A DNA stretch of 64,000 nt from assembly GCA_002269645.1 (NCBI GenBank), contig NIVC01000371.1:186001-250000 (forward strand). The letters run 5' to 3'. Each line of letters opens with the position of its first letter. Position 1 is the stretch's first letter. The notes beneath the pieces are model-generated. The model searched no databases. It worked only from the letters and a program-made list of their open reading frames with translations, and was not told the DNA's origin. This DNA comes from Macrostomum lignano (Eukaryota). Below, in pieces: positions 36,501 to 64,000 of the stretch. A program made the position numbers and the translations under genes.

Positions 36501-39500
36501 GGATCGGAGAATCTGGGATCTGAGGATCTGGGATCTGGGGATCTGGGATCTGAGAATCTGGGAGTTTCACTCACCTGGAAACGGCTCCACGCAGCAGGGA
36601 TAATAGATGTCGTCCCGGATGGCGGAGAACTGCAGAATATCCCATTCGCCGCTGGGATAATATTCGGACAGATCCACCGCATAGTCCACCGTCACCCGGC
36701 CGGACATGTTTCTTACCGATTTTGATTTTTGCACAATATGCTGCAGATCGACTGTAATTATTTGATAAAGCAGGAAAGCTGAATACTTGCTAGTGAATTA
36801 GATTAATAAAGTGTAAACAACTTTACCTTTGTGCCCATCGTAGGTCCAGCTGCCAAACTTCATCGTGCAGTTCTGCTCGTCGAATGGAAAAAATTCCACA
36901 TTAATCTGGCAGGAGCTTTTGTACACTGCCGGCGGCACCCACCGGACGGTGCCGTCTGAGAACACTGTGGCCTTGGTCATGATCACCAGCTCGTATTTTC
37001 CGTCGGCACTGATAGAAAAGTAGAAAACTCATTTTTAAATCTTTTGCCGCATCAATTATAGTCATGTTGAAATACAACAGGCTTTAATGTACATTTTATT
37101 TGCTCAGTCGAAAAATCAAATGTACATTAATGTCCCTCCATTAAGCACCAACCTCACGCCCTGGCTTTTCAGAACTATCACTATGCCCCCAAAGCACCCA
37201 CCTCACGCCCTGGCTTTTCAGAACCCTCACTCTCTCTGCCCCCCAAAGCACCCACCTCACGCCCTGGCTTTTCAGGATCCTCACTCTCTCTGCCTCTCTA
37301 AACACCCACCTCACGCCCTGGCCTTTCAGGACCCTCACTCTGCCCCCCAAAGCACCCACCTCACGCCCTGGCTTTTCAGGACCCTCACTCTGCCCCCCAA
37401 AGCACCCACCTCACGCCCTGGCCTTTCAGGACCCTCACTCTGCCCCCAAAGCACCCACCTCACGCCCTGGCTTTTCAGGACCATCACTCTCTCTGCCCCT
37501 CGAAACATCCGCCTCACGCCCTGGCCCTTTAGGAACCTCACTCTCTACGCCTTCGAGGTCTCCAAGAGTTGGACCAGTGGCAATAATAAAAAACCTGCTC
37601 CACTTGACTGACTTGTTATACAGCACGATATCCGGTAGCCAGAGCTTGTCAGACGGAATATACAGCCGGCTAACGCCGCCGTAGTCAGCCGGATCCCACA
37701 CCAGATTGGCGTCTCTCCATTCCTGTCAATCGGATTTCGCGCTGCTCCAGTTTCACAGAAATTGGAAATAACGATGAAAGCAAAATTTCGAGTTTACTTA
37801 CCTGCTCGACCCAAACATTTGTAGTAATTATCTGGTTCTTCTCGTCCTAAATATAGGTGTAAAGTATTGTGCAGTCTTACATTATATTTAATATATGTAT
37901 TTCAGTAGTATAGCCTTTCTCAAAAGTTGTCTAATCTAATCTCACTAGTTATCTAATCTCAATAGTTATCTATTCTCACAAGTTATCTAATCTCGCTAGT
38001 TCTCTAATCACAATAGTTATCTAATCTCAATAGTTATCTATTTCACTAAGTTATCTTATCTTGCTAGTTATCTAATCTCGCTAGTTATCTAATCTCACAA
38101 GGTTTATATTCTCAGAAGTTATCGAATCTCATTAGTTACCTAGTCTCACTAGTAGTTATCTAATCTCACTAGTTATCTAATCTCGCTAGTTCTCTAATCT
38201 CGCCAGTTATCAAATCTCGCTAGTTCTCTAATCTCGCTAGTTCTCTAATCTCGCTAGTTCTCTAATCTCACTAGTTATCTAATCTCACTAGTTATCTAAT
38301 CTCACTAGTTATCTAATCTCACTAGTTATCTAATCTCACTAGTTATCTAATCTCACTAGTTATCTAATCTCACTAGTTATCTAATCTCACTAGTTATCTA
38401 ATCTCACTAGTTATCTAATCTCACTAGTTATCTAATCTCACTAGTTATCTAATCTCACTATAAGGTCAGTCTCGCTGTTTATCTACATCATATTATTAAA
38501 CTTTTAACAATAAGTAAGAAATGGATTAACTAGATTACAGCAAGTTTTTTAGCAAGCCCAGCCCCATTGAAAAGCACAAGTCCCTAAATAGACTGTCCAG
38601 CTGGATAAATAGGTTAGTTCTTGGATCCCAATTTACCAGCGAAAAAAATCTATCCAATATCCCACCCATACAAATCGATTATTGCGTGAGTAAAAACGCT
38701 ACAGAAAAAGCTTTCCTTCACACATGACTAACTTTGTTGTGACGAGAAGAGAAACACAGACTGTGCGGGTTGCCGCCTTACAAAATAAGTCTCTGACCTG
38801 ACCCACTTGAGTTCTCGGCCCTGCCCCCCCCCCCCCAGCTCCTCAATATATTGATTTCTATCCCAGCAGGCCACTTAGCGAAGGAAGCTGGAGAGAGAGA
38901 GAGAGAGATAGAGGCGAGATTCGAACTCGATGTTCTGTCAGCGGCCGTTGAAACAGGGGATGCTGGGGGTCAGCAAGGCTGGAAGGCGATTAAACTGGTG
39001 GGGGGGGGGAGAAATGAATTTGGGATCTCAGGAGCTGTCCTCGGGCTGCTGCTTGCACTGGGCGAAGGGAGAGAAAGAGAGAGAGAGAGAGAGACGGACC
39101 ACTTTGTCTGGCTACCTCTTCTTGTTAGGCAACTTTTTCGTCTCTAAAAATGCTGGTCGAATAACCGAGTGAGCCGGTGGGAAGCCAACTCATTCGATTC
39201 GATTCTGGCGAGCATCTCCAAGTTTTTTGTATCTAATTTTTTAGGGACAAGCAAAGTAGATTTGAGCCAGTAGAGAGGGGGGAGTTGGCTGAGATTCGGC
39301 TTTCGAATTGTACTATCTGGTATACGGCGTAAACATGGACAGTTACAGTACAAGGACACTGAACACAATTTTCTTCGAAATGAGCCGGAGGCCAGCGCTG
39401 AATGGGTTTTGCCATTGTAAAATCCTATTTCTCGAGAGGCAAAATCATACACTGTAGTCTCCAGTGCATTTCTTAGAAAATCCGAGCATTCTCCTAGCGC

Positions 39501-40435
39501 CTTTCTTACCTCAGTTGTCGATGCACATTTTTATCTTAATTATTGGCAACTTACCACATCGATGAGTTGGGCGAGTTTCAATCCGAGATAGACTGTGAGA
39601 GTTTTTGAGCTGTAGTTCACTGGCCGAATCAGCCGATTGTATTCGGTTTCATTCATTAGCATTTTGTACAGGCGGCTGGCCTCGCGATAGCCCGAGACTG
39701 TGCTTGGCGCTGTACAGTTTTGAATTGAAATTTGGTTTCCCAGTTAAAATTTGGGGTGGGCGTCACATTGGAGTAGAGAAATCTGGGGTGGATGTTGCAC
39801 TGGGGTAGAGAAATCTGGGGTGGGTGTTGCAGTGGGGCAGAGAAATCTGGGGTGGGTGTTGCAGTGGGGCAGAGAAATCTGGGGTGGGTGTTGCAGTGGG
39901 GCAGAGAAATCTGGGGTGTATGTTGCAGTGGGGCAGAGAAATCTGGGGTGGGTGTTGCAGTGGGGCAGAGAAATCTGGGGTGTATGTTGCAGTGGGGCAG
40001 AGAAATCTGGGGTGGGTGTTGCAGTGGGGTAGAGAAATCTGGGGTGGATGTTGCACTGGGGTAGAGAAATCTGGGGTGGGTGTTGCAGTGGGGCAGAGAA
40101 ATCTGGGGTGGGTGTCACGTTGAGATAAAAGTTTTCTTTTTACAATATATTCGTTGAGAGATTGGTAAAAAAGTCTTTTAAAAAACTGAAAAATGAAGAC
40201 AGATCGTAATTAAAGCCAAAATTCGTACTCTGCAAACAGCTATGCAATGCACGCCAACATGCATATAGTTATTAATTCACAGAGTGAACACGATGACATC
40301 TGCCATGAGTTATTTCACGACCATTAGCTTTCATCGGAGTTTTTCTGCTTTACCTTGCAGCAGCAGCAGCAGCAGTGGCAGCAGAAGACAGCTGCCTGAC
40401 CCTGCCGCGGGGAGAAGAGCAGACCGATTGGGCAT
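30501..40435 (-). CDS. Nicotinic acetylcholine receptor alpha subunit (Cys-loop, cation-selective type), 599 aa
   Basis: Ten exons: 40354-40435, 39555-39709, 37802-37846, 37613-37722, 36827-37008, 36575-36751, 35275-35696, 33507-33911, 30725-30803 and 30501-30643 (1800 nt, phases consistent). Motifs: signal peptide; YNRLIRPV; [12 protein letters not shown]; [10 protein letters not shown]; Cys-loop [15 protein letters not shown]; GSWTYDG; loop C YYPCC; TM1-3 with GEKISL; [18 protein letters not shown]. Confidence 0.95.
31216..33404 (+). mobile_element. Solo LTR (2189 bp; Ty3/Gypsy-type termini) in an nAChR intron
   Basis: Termini TGATGTAACC and GGTTACATCA form a 10-bp inverted repeat with TG...CA ends. 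4-bp TSD CACT at 31212-31215 and 33405-33408. No coding capacity; contains internal promoter motifs. Confidence 0.8.
32045..32125 (+). promoter_or_regulatory. LTR promoter: CRE, CCAAT and TATA boxes
   Basis: TGACGTCA at 32045-32052, CCAAT at 32065-32069 and TATAAAA at 32119-32125, in canonical order. Confidence 0.65.
34215..34520. repeat. ~20-bp minisatellite (CTTATACACCCACCTCACTC)n
   Basis: Direct; nAChR intron. Confidence 0.9.
35720..36565. repeat. GATCTGAG/GATCTGG-based minisatellite
   Basis: Direct; fills almost all of nAChR intron 35697-36574. Confidence 0.95.
37140..37550. repeat. ~45-bp minisatellite (AAGCACCCACCTCACGCCCTGGCTTTTCAGG...)n
   Basis: Direct; nAChR intron. Confidence 0.9.
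37930..38460. repeat. 17-bp minisatellite (CTAATCTCACTAGTTAT)n
   Basis: Direct. Confidence 0.92.
39750..40112. repeat. 32-bp minisatellite (GCAGTGGGGCAGAGAAATCTGGGGTGGGTGTT)n
   Basis: Direct; nAChR intron 1. Confidence 0.93.
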
Positions 40436-41368
40436 CCTCCAAGGTTTTTTCCCACAGTTTGTCTTGCGTTTCCTGACTCTGCAATCTTTAGCCGGGGGGG
40501 GGGGGCTGACCTGGGGAAGGTGTGAAAAAAGTGATGAAGTTTTCTCTGGGCGGGATATGTTTGCACTGGCACAGGGCAGGGCATTCCCTAGCAGACTAAT
40601 TTATACATCATTTTTTCATCATTAGCTAATGCAAAACATTTACAGCCCAGTCTACATTTAGAAAGTCTGTTTTGCCTGCTCGGCAGAAATTTGGAACTGG
40701 CCAAGCAGCTACAGTTATTGTATATTGTCTATCAGCTTGGAACTGTTCCGCTTTGGAAGTCCTTCCACCTGGATAAGAAATATTTAGTTATTTTGGACTC
40801 GAACCCGGGACTCTGAGCAGTTCCGCCTGGCTCCTATTTCTAGGGCAGGATACTGATAAGCAGGTGCATGTACTAGGAATAACTTTGATTCACACTTACC
40901 TCTGAATCGAAAGTTGATGAGGCTTAGAAGCTGACTCACTACTCTGGTGTAGCACTGATGTGCGGTGAATTTGGGCAATTTCTAGTCTCAGAGGGGGCCT
41001 CTCTGATTGGTCAGGATCTGCATCAGCGGCTCAGCCCCTCAGTCTCCAACCAAGTTTGACGAAAAAGTCCATCTAGCAACTTGAGATACAATACGCTTCA
41101 TCAGTTGTGCTCAGAACCCCCCCCCCGCATTTCAAATTCTGCCACTTAATGAAATGAAGATTTTCAAGTTGGCTGACGAATTGGACTTTGAAATGTGCAC
41201 TTTCCGCTGCTAAACCCAATTGAACCATAATCAGTCATAAAAAACAATCACAAAAGTGCTCCGCTTGTACTTCTATCGTCTCTCTTTCCTTCCATTCAAG
41301 AACTCAACCCAGACCCTCCGAATTTATCTTTTAAAACCGTTGCTTTATTCTCATTGCTTTATCAACAG

Positions 41369-41870
41369 GGACTTTAGCACAAGGGGCTTTAGCACCAGTG
41401 GCTTTAGCACCAGTGGCTTTAGCACCAGTGGCTTTAGCATCAGGGGCTTTAGCATCAGGGGCTTTAGCACCAGGGGCTTTAGCACCAGGGGCTTTAGCAC
41501 CAGTGGCTTTAGCACCAGTGGCTTTAGCACAAGGGGCTTTAGCACCAGGGGCTTTAGCACCAGGGGTTTTAGCACCAGGGGCTTTAGCACCAGGGGCTTT
41601 AGCACAAGGGGCTTTAGCACAAGGGGCTTTAGCACCAGGGGCTTTAGCACAAGGGGCTTTAGCACAAGGGGCTTTAGCCTGGTGCTTTCGCCCTTGGGAC
41701 GCCAGCACCAGGGACGCCAGCACCAGGGACGCCAGCACCAGGGACGCCAGCACCAGGGGCGCCAGCACCAGAGGCGCCAGCACCAGGGGCGCCAGCACCA
41801 GAGGCGCCAGCACCAGGGGCGCCAGCACCAGAGGCGCCAGCACCAGGGGCGCCAGCACCAGGGGCGCCAG
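41369..41870. repeat. Two abutting 15-bp minisatellites: (GGGGCTTTAGCACCA)n then (GGG(A/G)CGCCAGCACCA)n
   Basis: Direct. Confidence 0.93.
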
Positions 41871-43400
41871 AGTTTTTTCTGGCTCCTCGGCCCCGTGTCA
41901 TTTCCATAATAATTATTGCTACCCCAGCCCACGCGGTTCCTCTGGCTACGCCACTGGGTTTTGCACATTTAAAAAATTCTATTTTTAGAAAACACTATGT
42001 ACTTTGCTTGTTTTCAGTCTCTGATCCAATCATATTTTGTCTAATTGCCAATTTTTTTACTAAAAATACTGATAAAAATCATTCTGTGGCCTTTCTTTTA
42101 ATTTTCAAGCAACGTTGAACCTTGAAATCAACTTAAATAATCTTGACGTATTTGTCGAAATAATTTTTTTAATTTGACATTCAGACACGCTACTTTCAGT
42201 AGGATGTTATGCAACTGAGATCGGATTATCTATTTTTAAACAAGGTTTCTAAGAGAACTATAAATTGATTTCACTCTTCGGCGAACAAAGTAATGAATTA
42301 CCTAATTCGAAAATACCAACTTGTTCAGATAAAACTTAGTTTAACTACTCTCTACATGCAACATTCTGAAACAACCGTTCTCCAATGCAAGGCCCGCAAC
42401 TACGAAGAAATTCTGAGTTTTGAATTTTTTCTCTCAATAATTCTACAAGCGGATTCCACAGTTTCAGCGGGGCGCCCGCTTTCAAGTTGAGCACACCAGC
42501 TCAGGTTATTAAATTCCAGCACTCGATGTTGTTGGAGCAACAGACATGCTGGAGTCGTTAAGTAGCAAATATTTGAGAATAGAAACTGCAAGGCGAAAGA
42601 TAAAGAGAGAGAGAGAGAGAGAGAGAGACTTTGTCTCACAACCAAATAGAAGTAAAACTTCTGTGTCTTTAATTTCTTTCGGGTTGTAATTTCATTCAAC
42701 CTGTTTGCCAGTCTATAGCTCGTTTGCATTGCCTGCTCTGCTTGTCAGCAAATATGGCTGCGGTAGCTCGTACGGTGGCAGAACGGGAGGGCGCGAGAGC
42801 GGCGCGTTCTCAGCGCTTCTATCAGCCTCCGTGTGTGTCTGTGTGTGAGCAGCGAGTTTAATAGTTTGCCATTTTTAGCGAGCGCCTCTTGCACCGTAGC
42901 GGTGCGCAACATGAGCTGAGAAATGGACAGGGGGTGAGAGGCACATGAAAGATGAAAGACAGGAGAGACAGGAAGAGTGCAACAGGTGACGGGGTGCTGG
43001 GCCGGTGTTGACCGGTCTGTCGCCCCTAGTTACTAAAGACGCCGAACTAAGCCCGGCTTCATCACCGTCTTTAACAAAGAAAAGAAATTGAAATGAAGTT
43101 GATGGAGAAGTTTTTTTATAAGAAGCTCATTTTCTCTCTTGAGATGGATGATATTTAATTGAGATTGAAAGGCAGATGGAGACGGGAGTTTGAGGGGCAG
43201 CTTGGTGACGGCTATCACACTGCGGCAGCCAATCGCTCTCTTACCTAGGGGGGGGGGGCTCCGGCGCAGCTGGGTGCGAGGGGAGGTCGGGTTCTATTAA
43301 CAGAGCGCAAGACTGACCGGCACAGGCACCTGAGACTTTGAGCACACTGCTCACTCAAAGATAGGTCTGGTTAGCAGAGGCTTCGGAGAACTGCTGTGAG

Positions 43401-63754
<20,354 letters not shown>

Positions 63755-64000
63755 AATCTTGATTGAAGCAGCTGACACAGCGATCGGATCGTGCATGTAG
63801 AAGAGACATTTACTACTGATTGACATGTTTAACGATTATTTTTTTTACAAAGAATTGATTATGTCGAACCAACTATTGCAGTAGACAGAAGCAGACTCTA
63901 TTTTGCTGTTCAGATGAATGAGACTGATAAATGTAATTTCTTTTCTTTCCTATATTTTTTTTTCGTCGAAATTTTTATTAAACATGTATGCGTGCGGCTT

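Noticed and set aside
36711-36716. Perfect internal donor GTAAGA within an nAChR ligand-binding exon
   Set aside because: Using it would delete loops F and C and leave no sensible product. There is no evidence of use.
40680-41150. Possible MITE with GGCAGAA(A)TTTG termini and an internal B-box-like GGTTCGAGTCC on the minus strand
   Set aside because: The termini are too degenerate, with no TSD and no matching A box.

Overview
Eukaryotic, intron-rich, minisatellite-saturated genomic DNA. GC-rich exons with polyQ/polyA runs and the repeat style suggest a free-living flatworm such as Macrostomum; this is inference, not established from the sequence. Six spliced genes were reconstructed by hand with GT-AG junctions and consistent phases. 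On the + strand: DLG5 (5'-partial, 8463-18042), PDCD2L (21492-22941, with a 1-nt frameshift), OSTM1 (27052-29063) and EFCAB6-like (43401-63754). On the - strand: a cation-type nicotinic acetylcholine receptor alpha subunit (40435-30501) and a GH47 class I alpha-1,2-mannosidase (49005-45128) nested in EFCAB6 intron 1. There is also an orphan terminal exon (24185-24607). Mobile DNA includes a 5'-truncated Penelope-like element with intact minimal hammerhead ribozyme motifs in its inverted terminal repeats, a 2.2-kb solo LTR with a 4-bp TSD and a CRE/CCAAT/TATA promoter antisense to the receptor gene, a non-autonomous hAT element with an 8-bp TSD, foldback elements and a tRNA-derived SINE family. 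Almost every long intron carries its own tandem repeat. The most promising leads are the PLE hammerheads, a possible SL-trans-spliced operon (PDCD2L-orphan-OSTM1) whose acceptors are all in frame with their ORFs, and minisatellites built from splice-signal or transcription-factor (RFX, AP-1) motifs. Most long ORFs in the supplied track are translations of tandem repeats and are not genes.
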